From positions 21,700,001 through 21,764,000 of the forward strand of contig CM022672.1 in the NCBI GenBank assembly GCA_012295275.1: DNA of 64,000 nucleotides. Reading direction: 5' to 3'. Position 1 is the stretch's first letter. Each line of letters opens with the position of its first letter. Source of the stretch: Chrysomallon squamiferum (taxonomy: Eukaryota; Animalia; Mollusca). The notes under the pieces were generated by a model. That model was not told the origin of the DNA and made no database searches. It worked only from the letters and a program-made list of their open reading frames with translations. Made by a program: the position numbers and the translations under genes. This document shows positions 1-13,200 of the stretch, piece by piece.

Positions 1-45
1 TTCCAAACAAAAGGTAATTGTCTTGCATATTATAACTCATAAAGT

Positions 46-48
<3 letters not shown>

Positions 49-126
<78 letters not shown>

Positions 127-135
127 GCCTGTCTC
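49..135. repeat. (CT)n/(CTGT)n compound microsatellite
   Basis: Directly visible. Confidence 0.95.
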
Positions 136-423
136 TTATTTGATGTTCTTGTATCACATGTCTATATCTCTGTCTATAAAATCCTTTCTCAAAACTTAAT
201 TATAAAAAATCGTCATTGTCCTCCTTCCAGATAAATAAAAACAAGAAGAAGAAAAACCCCAAATAAACAAACAAATCACACAAATCATCGTATCCTAACA
301 ATAAAGGATTAATATGTAATATTACTACGCAAGAACACATATGACGACAGGTATTAATCTTTAATATTAATATCATAAATATTAACTCAGGTAATTAATT
401 CAATCAATATAATTAATTAACAG

Positions 424-2188
424 GTGCTAAGATTTCCTTTAGATCGTCCAACATTAGTCTTGCGGCAGTTCAGCTCAGATCGAGGCGCTATCTTGATCCT
501 CTCACAATCTCTGCGTGCGACGCTGGCCAGCTCTACAATCCGCGGTCAGGTCAGTGCGTACCACAGAACTGTACAGGGTTCGTGTGCGAGAGGTACGTCA
601 TCAAACACGCCACAATTAACTGCTCTGGATGGGGTGAAGGTGACATCTGCACGGTTGTCTGCAGTGTTGGGTCAGTGTTACTCTTTAATACATTATTTCT
701 TTATTTTATTTTTTTTTTTTTCCCTCTGTCTCTTCTGTTAGAATTTTCGTAAAGCGGTATTATAACTTTATCGTTTCACAGCATTTTTTAAATGTATGTC
801 CACTGTACATAAGCTATTAAATAAAAAAAAAGAAATGAAAAGCAAAATTATATTATTATTCTTATTTCTTTTTTTTTTTTTAGATATCATCTGTCAAACC
901 CAGGAGTCAGTGGAGTTATTTGCTCACAGGGCCAGTGGCAAAGTCCAGACTTAGTCCTGTGTAAACCAGTGGAATGTCCACCACCACGCATACCTCACGC
1001 CACGGTTTCGTGTCCAGACGGGAAAGTGTTCAACAGAAGTTGTACGTTTAAGTGCAACTCCCCAGCAGTGAAGTGGGGTGAGAAATCACGTGTTACGTGT
1101 TTGTTTTACAAAAACTCTGTCATTTAAGTTCAGTTTCTCAGCAGTGAAGAGGGGTTAGAAATCACGTGTTACGTATTTGTTTAACAAAAACTCAGTCATT
1201 TAAGTTCAGTTTCTCAGCAGTGAAGTGGGGTGAGAAATCACGTGTTACGTATTTGTTTAACAAAAACTCAGTCATTTAATATGCTACTGCAACCACTGAA
1301 ATCTCAGATTCGTCTGATTTGTTAAACTTTGTGAATTCAGATTTATTAATAAATTTAAAATCCCGTTAAAAATAATAAGTAATAAATAATAACAGCTAAA
1401 GTTATCAACAGGTGATATCATTAAATAACTGTGTTTGTGTATTTTCATAACATATCTCTACAGACTGACAGAACCATTAAATAAACTAATTCAAACAAAC
1501 AAACAAATATAAAAACTGAATATTTGTGTTCATTTCAGGCTCAGATAATACGATCGTATGTGAGGAAGATGGCGTTTGGTCTGCTCCGCAGTCCTCATGT
1601 CACATGACCTGCAGTCCTGTACGACGTATGTTTCATGCCAGATTGTTAACAAAACATTGCAAACGAAATCGTCAGATGGTTGGAACGAAGTGCAAATTCC
1701 GATGTCGGAAAGGTTATCGCACAAAAACAGTGAAACGCAAAAGGCATGTTACAGACACTTATTAAATTCATTTTGTTTATTATGATTTTGATTTTTCATG
1801 ACTCGTTTGAAAAATGTAATTTGTTTCTTGTTGTATTTTTAGTGTTATTATTACGTTAGCTTGTTGCCATGCTATTGGTATTTTAATTCAAGATTATATG
1901 TTGTTTCTGGAAAAAAAAAAAAAATCGACTATCGTGGTTGTATCACAAAATGTATTGCGTGTGGAGGACACAACATCATTACCATAGTTACATTGGAATG
2001 TCTGTTATTTTTAGTTTTCAGGAAGTTACAGGCAACACGATGATTATATATAAAAATTTGTTATGTATGTATGTGTGTATGTCCGTTTTTGGTGTGTTTC
2101 TGTATGAGTATGAGAGAGAGAAAGGATTTTATAGACAGAGATATAGACATGTGATACAAGAACATCAAAGAGAGAGAGAGAGAGAGGC

Positions 2189-2270
<82 letters not shown>

Positions 2271-2717
2271 AAATGAAAGAACACTATTTCAGACCCTGAC
2301 TATTTTCTTTCAGGAGGGCTTTTGAATTGAAATGCAAAGAAAATGGACAGTGGACAACGGAAGAGTGCGTGCGAATCCAGTGTCCGCCTATTGACGCCAT
2401 GTTTAGTGGTCTGTACATCTGCACAGACAAAAATTATGTTGGTAGTAGATGCTCATTCAAATGTCCTAACAGAAGTGAAGTGAGTGAAATCATTCATCAA
2501 ACATATATACATATAAATATATATAGACAGATATATAGAGACAGACAGACAGAGGGACAGATGTAGTGTATTAAAAAAATCCTTAATTTTATGGACAAAG
2601 ATATTTTATTGGCCAATTAATATTAACAATGTCATTTTTATTTTGGAATATGTCTTAGGAACTATTTATGACAGTTACCATTCATTTTTCTTTGTTTGTC
2701 TTTTTCTTCTTCTTCTT

Positions 2718-2752
<35 letters not shown>

Positions 2753-4392
2753 TTATAGCTGAATTCGTTCTTTTCTTTTTTTGTTAGAATTATTGACTGG
2801 ATATATTTTATTTTCCGTTCCTAATTATTTAGATGAAAAACAGAATTACCTGTAAAGCAAATGGACGATGGACAGGTGTTTTTGAAAGATGTTCTTCCTT
2901 TGGTCGGATACGATGTCCAAAAATATCTAATTATAGAAAACTAGTTTTCTCCTGTTTAAACTGGAATGTTGGTTAGTACTAACTATCAACTAGCAATATT
3001 ATGTTTTACACATACACTAACACATATAGATTAAAACACACACACAGACACACAGAACATACACACACACACAAGTACACGCACATGCACGTAGACTAAA
3101 ATATGCACGTTAATCATTTTCTTCTGGTTTTTTCATGTATGGATGTCCCCTAAGTTTTCCTGCATAATTTAGTTTAATGATAACCTCAAATTCAGAATTA
3201 TTATATCCATATCGTAATATGTGGTATTTCTGCAAGACGTATAAAATGAAAGATATGTATGGAACTGTCCCCTTACTTTTCTTGTTCTGCAAATTGTTAA
3301 AGTTGTTTCTCTAAATATAATATTAAAAATAAATAAAATAAAATAGCAAAATAAGATAAGAACAGAATAGAATAAAACAAAACAAAACAAAACAAAACAA
3401 AACATAAATAAAATAAATAAATAAATAAACAGTGCGAACAGAATACTTTTCAAAAAATTCTGTCCACACTTTAATTGCGAACGAGTGTGTTAACTATGCG
3501 AAATATTTAATTAGTGTGACTTATTGTGTTAGGATCTAGATGCTCCGTGCACTGCAAGATGCCTGGCTACGAACCAGTGTTTTGGGGAGCACGTTCCAGA
3601 GTAAACAAAGAGGCCCAATTACCCGTTGTTGGCGACGTCGTGGCTACAGTAACGTGCTCGGGGTCGTCGTACTGGTTTCCAGATCCGCGCTCACTAAAAT
3701 GCGAAAGGAAATGTAGCAAGGTGAGAATCCTATGCGTGTCAGAGTAACACGAGGGGCTGATCCAGAAATTAAATAAAATGGGTTGTGTCGTTTTTTTTTT
3801 TTAAATAATGTTCAAGGTAAAATGAATGCGGTTAATTATACACAAAACAAAAAAACAAAAAAACAAAAATATGGGATGAATATTTAAAACTGAATACGCA
3901 TAATTAGTTAGATTAGACATACCATCCACTTGGAGCAGAACGGAATATTTTGTTCAGTTTTTGGTTTGTACACTGGTCAAACGAACAAACTGCCTTAATA
4001 CATATTTATGTATTTCCAGTGTATTGTTGTAATTATAATCTAATGATATACTTATTACCGATCCGGTTAATTTTAACTTTTTCCCCAAAAACAGATATTT
4101 ATATTATTTAGTCTTTAATATCAAAAATAAATATTTACAATATTTAAGCACTAATTTAAAGTGTTTATTTTTGTAGGCGTCAATGGGAGACGGCTGGTGT
4201 GACGCGGTTAACAACAGAGAAAACTGCGGCTGGGACGGGGGCGACTGCTGCTCGTCAACGTTAGGCACCCGTGTCAGACCCTTTCCTGACACGTGTACGG
4301 CAAAATGTACTTGCAGGGATCCCAAAGCCAAAGAAAACATTTCAAAGAAGAAGAAAAAGCAAAAGAGAAAAAGAATTCGAAGCTTTCATTAA
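424..4392 (+). CDS. PAPPA: Pappalysin (PAPP-A-like metzincin), last 7 coding exons: CCP/sushi repeats plus C-terminal LNR3 domain; the 5' part lies upstream of the window
   Basis: Exons 424-670, 884-1077, 1539-1743, 2314-2479, 2833-2971, 3533-3720 and 4177-4392 join in frame. The translation [29 protein letters not shown].. resembles the PAPP-A pre-CCP region. It is followed by Cys/Trp-patterned sushi modules and [23 protein letters not shown]...[11 protein letters not shown], the typical pappalysin LNR3/C-terminus. PAPPA versus PAPPA2 orthology cannot be resolved. Confidence 0.9.
1063..1279 (+). repeat. 76-bp tandem repeat, about 2.9 copies, spanning the PAPP-A exon/intron junction
   Basis: Near-identical units starting cagcagtgaag at 1063, 1139 and 1215 (period 76). 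The first unit contains the real donor at 1078. Confidence 0.95.
2168..2266. repeat. (AG)n microsatellite
   Basis: Directly visible; it explains the ERERER pseudo-ORF. Confidence 0.95.
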
Positions 4393-4784
4393 ATTTCATC
4401 ACACATATCTGGGAATAATTTGAAGATAATATATTTATCAGGCTTTACAAATACGTGTGAATTTCTTCTTTTTTTTTTTTTTTTTTTAAAGAACTGTGAC
4501 AGAATAGCAGTTATATCATGAACAAAATTATTTGTCTAGAACAATTATTCCCTTCATTAATTCATTCATTCATTCATGAGATACCAATGATACATTCACT
4601 GCCATTCATAATGCTTTAAGATTAAGCCGTTTTCTTACATTTGGTACCTACTTTTTCTACTCTTGTAATTACAAGGTCAGTAGGTTGATAGATAATTCAA
4701 CAGTCTTCAGAGCTGTCAAAATATGGACAATTTGTTTATGGATAATCTATCCCCTAACTTTTACACAATAACGCAATCACACAT

Positions 4785-4786
<2 letters not shown>

Positions 4787-4848
<62 letters not shown>
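4787..4848. repeat. (CA)n microsatellite
   Basis: Directly visible, downstream of the PAPP-A stop codon. Confidence 0.95.
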
Positions 4849-4850
<2 letters not shown>

Positions 4851-6612
4851 TTACTGCCACAGAGTAGCATACTAATTTCAAAAAATGCAACTTCTATGAT
4901 ACTCGTCTCATTCGATGACATAGGGCAGTGTATTCAGTGTCGAAAACATACCAGTTGAATCCACATTACATCTATAGCAGTTTAGTTTTACAGCGATGAA
5001 GACTGATGAACATTACTAGATATTTAGCTTTTATAGATTTTGTACTCGAATTTTTCACTATTTATATACGTGGTTATTGTTGTATTTGTTATATTATCAC
5101 ACTAAGTGAAGTCGTGTTGTTATCGTTTTGCAATAATATTAATTAAAAAATGTGATAACTAATTTTAGTGCGTGTGTGTGTGTTTTTTCTTTACGTGGGT
5201 ATTTGTATGTCAATTAATGCTGAATGATATCGCAATGAATTTTAAAGGTAATGATTATTAGGTGTTAAAAATGTCATTTTTGTATCGTACTAAAGCGAGA
5301 GGGAACAAATCAGCCCCACTGCAGGAGTTAATAACTTACAGTATTGGATATTTTCCATGCATTTTTCCATAAAATTAAGAGATCAGTAAATGCCACGGTG
5401 TTTTAATAAACTAGGCATGGATTATTGTTTGAGTAATAGCCCATTGGAATCAGCGAGTTTTTTTCTGATCCCTGTTTTGTTCTGTGTTCCTCTGTCTGGG
5501 CTCTTTTGTCTTTTACTTAAATAAACACGTCGCGGACTTCCTTGAAGTGAGCAAAGCGTAGATGACAAAAATTCCTTTTGTCTCTCGCTAATGATCGTTA
5601 ATTGTTAGGTAATTTCAGTAATTGGATTACTGTTAATTAACAGTAGATAAAATTAATACATACTGTTAGGAATATTTGTAGAAATGAATGGGTAACATAT
5701 TTACCTACTTTAATGATACATACAGATTAATTACAAGATGTTAAACATTATTAAAGTAAGCTATTTAGGTAAGTAGTAAAAATGTTACCGACATTTTCAA
5801 AAACTGTACCTTAAAAGTACAACGATATAAAATATAATAAGAAGTTAAAAATGGCTACCAGCGAATTCCACAAGTAGGTATAACCTAAACTGCGATCCGT
5901 GGCTAAGTTAGGATCATTTTGCTAAGTTAAAGAAACATAGAAAACACTACTTCTAAATATCGCTGAGAAAACTTTCCACAGCTTGAACGAAGTCCTGTTA
6001 GGTCATGGCAAAGGGCCCTACTGCGTGAGAAAAAAAAAAACGGTTTACCGTCATAACCGGCAGCCATACATACATTACAAATATATACGTATATCACGTA
6101 ACTTTTATAAATTATTATAGAGAAAAGAAAAAGCATAACATTTACTTCTGATGTAATAACATCTACCTGGTTACGAAACCATGGACTATTTTTTCTCTAA
6201 AACATTTGTGTGGTTTTGTTTTATACTCACCTTTATATATATATATAAAAGTCGAAATAAAATCCGGAATGAAATAATAAGTTCATCCGAGTTACGTCGT
6301 CATATTATTGTTATGTAGACGTTTATGACGTCATAATGCTAAGCGGAACCGATCTCGTTCGGAAGAAGGTGAATCTAAGTTTATAACAAACTAAACGGAA
6401 TGTCTATTCCATTGATACGATTATCTGGATTTGCTTGACATTAACCTACTAAACACTGATGTTGTCAAACTCATTCATTTCTTCAAGCGGTACACAAGTT
6501 TCCTCTATGATCATATTCTTCAGGGCACCTGACAATAACAGTTAACAAACATACCCAAAACACTTCTGGAAAACAAAACAAGAAAACCATCGTGAATAAA
6601 ATATCACTTTTT

Positions 6613-8508
6613 TTAATTATTCATTCCATTTATCTTTTTGAATGTTTTCTTAGGAATTTTGTCAAAGAGAAGAAAACCTGCTGCTCTTTCTACCGCTTCT
6701 ACGGGACAAAAGTAAGTCTTCAGTGGAACCCCGTTAGGAATGGACTCGTTTGGCATAACGTAAGACTGCAGTTCCAGTTGTCCTTTGTTGTCTTCGATCA
6801 CTAACACTTTGAAAAAATGAGTCGGAACGGCAACGTGGTTGTTTCCAATTACTTCGTATTTCACGTACATCTTCCCGTTTTCCGCCCTAGAATTATTAAT
6901 AACAATGATAACAGTCACAATAACAATAACAATAACAGCTAAACGACAATGACAACGACAATAACAACAACAATAATAATAATAATAATAATAATTATAA
7001 ACAATATGATGATGATAATAGAAAAAAGTGGTTAAAAATATTTTATTTAACGACGCACTCCACATTTTTTATCTAAAGTTATATATACATATAAATACTC
7101 GGTTTATTTTAACAGCAATGGATATTTTACATCAACTTTGTCAAGAAATCGTAAACCAGGCTGTCCTCTGATCTAGCCTTAAAATTCCTCAATCATTTTA
7201 TTATTAATAATAATCATATAAATATTGAATAATTTTAAATTATTGTATTTAGTATCGTTATTTATTAGACACAGATATAATTCAAAGTGCAAACTATTGG
7301 TTAAATTCGTTATTAATATAACAGTACAAACTTGGGTAAATAGAGTGGACCTGTGCAGACGTAGACATTTTTATTTTTTCTTGCAACGGCTCGCACGTAT
7401 TTCTCCAGGCTGTTCCATATGCCCCGATTGAAGCCTTCGCCAACCTAATGAACAAAGGAAAAGTAACTGTAATGCTAATCATAATATTCATAAATACTGT
7501 TATTTCCATCTGTGTTATAATATTTCATTTGTGATTAAAATGTTACCACAAAACACTTTTCGAATATCACGACTGTATTATCACTTGTAAATGCTGGAAA
7601 TATTAATTGGCTATAAAGAGATATTTAAATGATACCTAGGTCTCATTTAATCATTACACATGGTCTGTAAATAGATAGCAAGCAATATCTAAGTCAAACA
7701 TTTTCTTTACACGTCTATATATTTATCAACATAGCGAAATACATGCCACAACAAATATCAGAACTGGTAATAGAAAACTTAAACGAGGCTGAAATATTAA
7801 ACGTATGCAAGGTAAATAATACAGTTTACAGCGTCGAATTAAATTTACTTCCAACTTGTATTTAACACAAAGACTATCATTTGTACCGGACATTGTCGAT
7901 GTTAATACCGCGACAAACTTCGAAATTACAGATCGAACGGTGTTGGTAGATGTTGGACAGAAGTCAGAATTATTATATAATGGTCAACAGTAATAAATTA
8001 TTATATATTTTGGAACATTTGTTTCATGTTTTTTATATTTATGTCTTTGGAAATTGCGTGATTCTGATAAGATTTGTGCTCAGTATGTTCTGACATTATG
8101 TGTACATAGGTATGTAAATTTAATTTTGTTTCTTTAATATTATCTCTGGACAATAATGATTAATTTATTATCACCGGCTTTTACTTTTTCATTTTGACAT
8201 ACATTTTATCTTCTGAGGAAAAAACATACATTTCGCCAATGACTCAAAAAGGATCTATTATTTGTTTTCCCCAAAATCAAAAATGGTGATACATTTAAGT
8301 AACACTCAGAGGATACCGAATGGGCAGAAAATCGTGCATTCCATCCAGCTATTTCACTTTGATACACTTAACTTTAGTCTTCTCGGCCAGCAAGAACAGG
8401 AAAACAAAAACTACTGTTTTTCATATTCCATTCAAGTAATATTATCTGGAACTAGGAAAATAAATAAAAGTATTAAAAAATACGTTTTATCTTTTTCGTC
8501 TTCTTTGT

Positions 8509-8539
<31 letters not shown>

Positions 8540-9357
8540 TGTGTTAACGTATTTCAGCCATAGTTTATTCGTTAGTGTTAGTACCATTGTAACTGATCGT
8601 TTAACAGTTTCAAATTCATAGCAAAACTCACCAAACCATTTGTCCTATCTATAAAATTATCTAGTATCAGTATTTAATTACATACATAAATGGAATAAGA
8701 GTGATATAAATTCTCTTAAGGTGACACTTATTTATCTGTAATCGCACGATACTAAAACTATTTAAATCAGCTTGTTAAACTCTTGTAACCAACCTGTGGA
8801 GATATATTGCTAAGGAGAAATGTTTGATCGAGAACTTTTTGAGAAATCCTGTGATTATTAGCAGCAGCTAAATGTCCTTTGTCGAATTTGGCACCTTTGA
8901 AGTCTTGTGGCACAGCTCTGAAATACTGATGGATGGAACTATCTTCTTTGAATGCAGACGCCTTCCTGTTTACATTGTCATCATATTTCAGATTATCTGG
9001 TGTTAAATGCTCAAATACCCAGTGCGCGTTGCGATGTCGTCTGTCGTATGACAGTACAAAATTATCGTAAGTTCGCAGCTGATCAAAACCCGGAAAGCCA
9101 TATTTCATAATCTCTTGCATCCGATTTGAAGGACTGGGAATGTTTGGTTGTCCAGCAACCACTGCACTATCTGGGACATTGGTTGCATGGACTGTAGACA
9201 CTTGCGAAAGGTCAAACAATGACTTGATGTTATTGTTATAATTATTTTCATCATTAAATAATTCTTTGCTTTTCCAGCGTTCATATTTGCTGCCTATCCA
9301 AACACCGAATCCGACAGAAAGCAATGAAATTGTTGGAAAAGTTTTCGAACCTATCAT
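6613..9357 (-). CDS. ENDOG: Endonuclease G, mitochondrial (DNA/RNA non-specific beta-beta-alpha-Me nuclease), 3 exons, about 316 aa
   Basis: Exons 9357-8794, 7444-7332 and 6886-6613 with GT-AG introns; 951 nt in frame. Motifs: MKYGFPG, FVLSYDRR..NAHWVFEHL, FDKGHLAAANNH, TFLLSNISPQVGEGFNRGIWNSLEKYVR, VYVCTGPLYLP, VKYEVIG..HVAVPTHFFKV, VERAAGFLLF. Confidence 0.96.
7041..7140 (+). mobile_element. Decayed end of a SINE-like repeat in EndoG intron 2
   Basis: ttttatttaacgacgcactccacatttttatctaaagttatat resembles, from memory, the terminus of the same gastropod repeat family. Not verified. Confidence 0.4.
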
Positions 9358-9737
9358 TTTTGAATTCGCTTTCGATTAATTTAAATCACTTTACATGGAT
9401 CACATGCTAGAGAATTTATAAAATATGCCACTGAAATTATCTCCCCTTCAAGTTTTATTTTTAGTTATTGGTATCTTCGAGCGAAGTACATTTGAAATGT
9501 ATAACTGCTCGCGTGAAATACTTGCTTGATTGCGTATTTCGCATAGGTTATTATAAATATGCTTAATTACAAAATAAAACAAATACAGTGATCTTAATAT
9601 TTAACTTTTATGCTGGAATTACAGAATAACAATTTAATGTAGCCTAGCTGTGCACAAGGAATGAAATAAAATTAATGATTGTTTAATGATAAAACCACGG
9701 TTTTTGATGTCAAAAACTTTTTTAAAATAAATATATT

Positions 9738-9782
<45 letters not shown>

Positions 9783-10203
9783 TATATATATATATCTCTC
9801 TCTCTCTCCGTCTCACTGTCTCTGTCTGTCTCTGTCTCTCTGTGTGTCTCTGTGTGTCTCTGTCTGTCTGTCTCTCTCTCCACTTCTCTATTTTTCTTCA
9901 TGTACATCAGTTTGTGGCGGCAGCATGGCTGCTTATACTAAGGCTGGAAAAGTTATAAAGACAGTTTATATAACTTTATACAACTTTTTTATATATGTAT
10001 GTCCACTAGGAAACAACCCAAAATAATTGACAGATTCTCTGCTGACACAGTTATTAGGTATTACCTGTGTGTAATTATCATATTCTGAGATTACAAATAA
10101 TAAAATTGGAGTTACTCATTTAACGCAAAATAGACTTCAGAATTGGGTCTAGAGTTTTGGGGTGGGCTACGACGGGAGGAATTCAATAACAAAAGAAAAC
10201 AGT
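9358..10203. promoter_or_regulatory. Putative bidirectional promoter / 5' UTR region between EndoG and TFIIB
   Basis: Divergent start codons about 850 bp apart. The region retains CpG and has a G-rich box near 10155-10178 and a CT/CTGT microsatellite in the middle. TSS positions are not determinable. Confidence 0.65.
9740..9880. repeat. (CT)n/(AT)n/(CTGT)n compound microsatellite
   Basis: Directly visible, between the EndoG and TFIIB start codons. Confidence 0.93.
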
Positions 10204-13200
10204 ATGGCGTCGACTAGTAAAGGGTTAGTAAATGTGCATTGTTTTTATCATGTGTTTACAGTGTATATTTATTTACTTCCGTTTTTATTAAGCTCAGGGA
10301 ATGTTATCAAAAGATTTAGCCCACTAATGGACAATATTTTAGTGCGTATTTTCACTGTACAGGATTATATTTACATATACCAAAGCATTTAGCTTGGGAG
10401 GGGGGTTATACAAAGCTAAAGAGTAAAGTGATGACAAAATCATGAAAATTTACAGACACTCGATTGAGTGACAGGTATCGAATCAGTTTTTATTTTAAAA
10501 CACTGAAGCCAAGGCAAAGCTTCTAATTAAAAAGATATCGATATTTTGGTAAATAGAATAATTGTTTTTGTTAAACTGTTCACATCAGTCTATTGCATAA
10601 GTTAGTACTTCAGTACTTGTCTGAATATTCATTATATTGCTGCATATCAATGAGAATTCATATTGAGAGTCAGTTGCATTATTTTATAATATAATAAATA
10701 TTATAAATAGCCTCAATTATTAACACTTGGAACAAACTTATAGCCCATTCAGCCGATTCTTCCCAGACCAAATCATTCAAAAGTGGAATTTACCAAAACA
10801 GACAGCATGATGCTAAGCATCCACACTTAGTACATTGCCATCACCAACTCCTATAATTAATTAACCTGATGCTGTGTTTTACTTGGAATTATTATCTGCA
10901 ACTGTATTTGGGAATGATGTCAGAAAATATTATCATTTTACTTTAATCATTTAATGATTACATTTCATAGAATTTTGAGATTGATAATATGGCTGTGTAA
11001 CTAATATTACATGAACTTCATACAGAAATTAGCAAAGAATTGTTATATTAAAAGTTAGATATTACAACAGACAAAACTGAAATAGTATGTTCCTGTTAAT
11101 AATAGTGTTAAAATCAAGTTTCTGACAAGACTTTGAATCAACACTAATACATTCAGCTTTTTTTAAACTAGGAGTAGGATAAAGTGCACAAAACTTTCAC
11201 AGTAAATTATTTTTTCTTAAAGGAGATTTATTTTAACATAACAGTAATACAGTTAAAGCAGTTATTTTATCTTATTAATATTAGAATTATATTCTTAATT
11301 AATTCCATCTTTTTGGTCATAAAGTACACAGTTTTGAAAAATATCCATTCTAGCAGCAGAATATATTTTGAGTAAGACAGTGATATGTGTAATACAATTA
11401 ATCATTTTGATTTCAGTGGAGGAAGATGTTCTCAGATTTACTGCCATGATCATCCAGATGCCCCTCTTATTGAAGATTATCATGCTGGTGATATGATCTG
11501 TCCAGAATGTGGCTTAGTGGTGGGAGATAGGTAAATGATTAGAAATGAACTTGTAAATAATGTACATGCATATTCACAGTCATATTCATTTCTCTCTTTC
11601 TCTCTCTCTATCTCTTTCCCTCAGCTCCTGTCTCTCTCTCTCTCTGTCTCACTGTTTCTGTTATAATTATCAGTTTGAAACTAATACATTGGTTAGAACA
11701 TAGATAAATAAACTGCTATTTATTAATATTAATAATAATGTCTGTATAAATGCTCAGGTATTTATGTGGTGTTTATTTACAACCTGTATTATCAAGGAGT
11801 GAATGTCATAGTACGGACATAATTAATAGATTTCCAGCATACAAATTTATTAAACCATAAATTGATCAAAAAGCATATTTGTAGTTATGACTTATTTTAA
11901 TTTGATATTTTAGAAAGGTGTTTTTTTTTATTCAAACCATTTAATGACCACCTTCCAAAAGCAAGCCTTGTGATAGTGTATTTATGCATATTTATATAAC
12001 AAACAGTTGAGTAATAAATGAGGTACAATTTAAATAATTTTGTTATAAATCTGGTCTATAAGATTTTGCCTAAAACATGGATTTACAAAATTTTCAGAGT
12101 TGTAGATGTAGGCTCAGAGTGGAGGACATTCAGCAATGACAAGAACACAAAAGATGCCTCTCGTGTTGGTGCTGCAGAGGTACTGCTATCCTTCATTTTA
12201 ATATTTAGTTTTGTAATTTCTGTGCAGGTATTTCCATAATTACTTTCTACTTCTAAATAAGTTAATGTAAATATAAATAAATAAAAAAAGTGATTTGTGT
12301 GTGTGTGTGTGTGTGTACATATTTTAATTTACATAATGTACAAGGATTCTCAAATGCACAGATGTCTAACAATATATTCTTGAATTTCCAATTTTTTCTG
12401 TGATACTTTTTCACTCTTATTATGTTTGAGTTGAGACTTATTTTTGTCTATAGCCAGCAGTGCTTTTTTGTTGTAAGAGTCATTTCCATGAACATTGACA
12501 ATGCAGTGTTTTGTTCTAATATAGTAACTGAAATGCAGTTACTGGGACACTTTTTTTTTTTTTTTTAATATTTAAATTTTTTTTTTTTTTTATACAGAAC
12601 CAGCTGCTTGATGGAGGTGATCTGTCCACAATAATAGGAACTGGAGCCCCGGGAGGAAAAGATTTGTTGGATGAATTTGGGAAACCCATGTACAGAAATC
12701 GAAGAACTGTATGTACTAACAATTTATTTTTCTGAAATTTTAAGTAATGTAATACTGGAAAAAATATCTTACAAATGCATTGAACATTCGTTCTCAACAT
12801 AAATAGCTGTCCATCCTGCATATACAGCATTATCAAATGTAATTATTTTGTGAATCGTAGGCTTTGCTCTTTTTCACTCATTCTTTACTCTAGAGGAGAG
12901 AGCATTGGCTCCTCAAAAACAGAGCTGTCAACAATCACAAGCTTTTTTATTTTGTTTCTGAATATACTAGAACCACCTTTAGAAGTAGTCAAACACACGT
13001 AGTATAAATAAAGAAAAGAAAAGGCATAAAAATCTCAGTTTCAGAGACAATTTCTAATACAGAAACATAATAAACCTTATTATACAGTTATTCTTTTCCA
13101 AAAAATGGAAGGGGAAAGAATTGTATTTGTGTGACAAACTTTTAATAGAGTAATGTAACAAAAATTTATAACACAGTTATTCTACTTGATGCTAACTTTG

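Noticed and set aside
424-741. Track [12 protein letters not shown]...
   Set aside because: Wrong frame; the Cys-patterned PAPP-A exon is in another frame of the same interval.
1063-1279. CRISPR-like array
   Set aside because: Whole units are repeated with no unique spacers, the context is eukaryotic, and there are no cas genes.
6887-7065. N-terminal extension of ORF 6613-7065 (YYYY/CCC/VIVI)
   Set aside because: Intronic trinucleotide tract; the real EndoG exon 3 starts at the acceptor at 6886.
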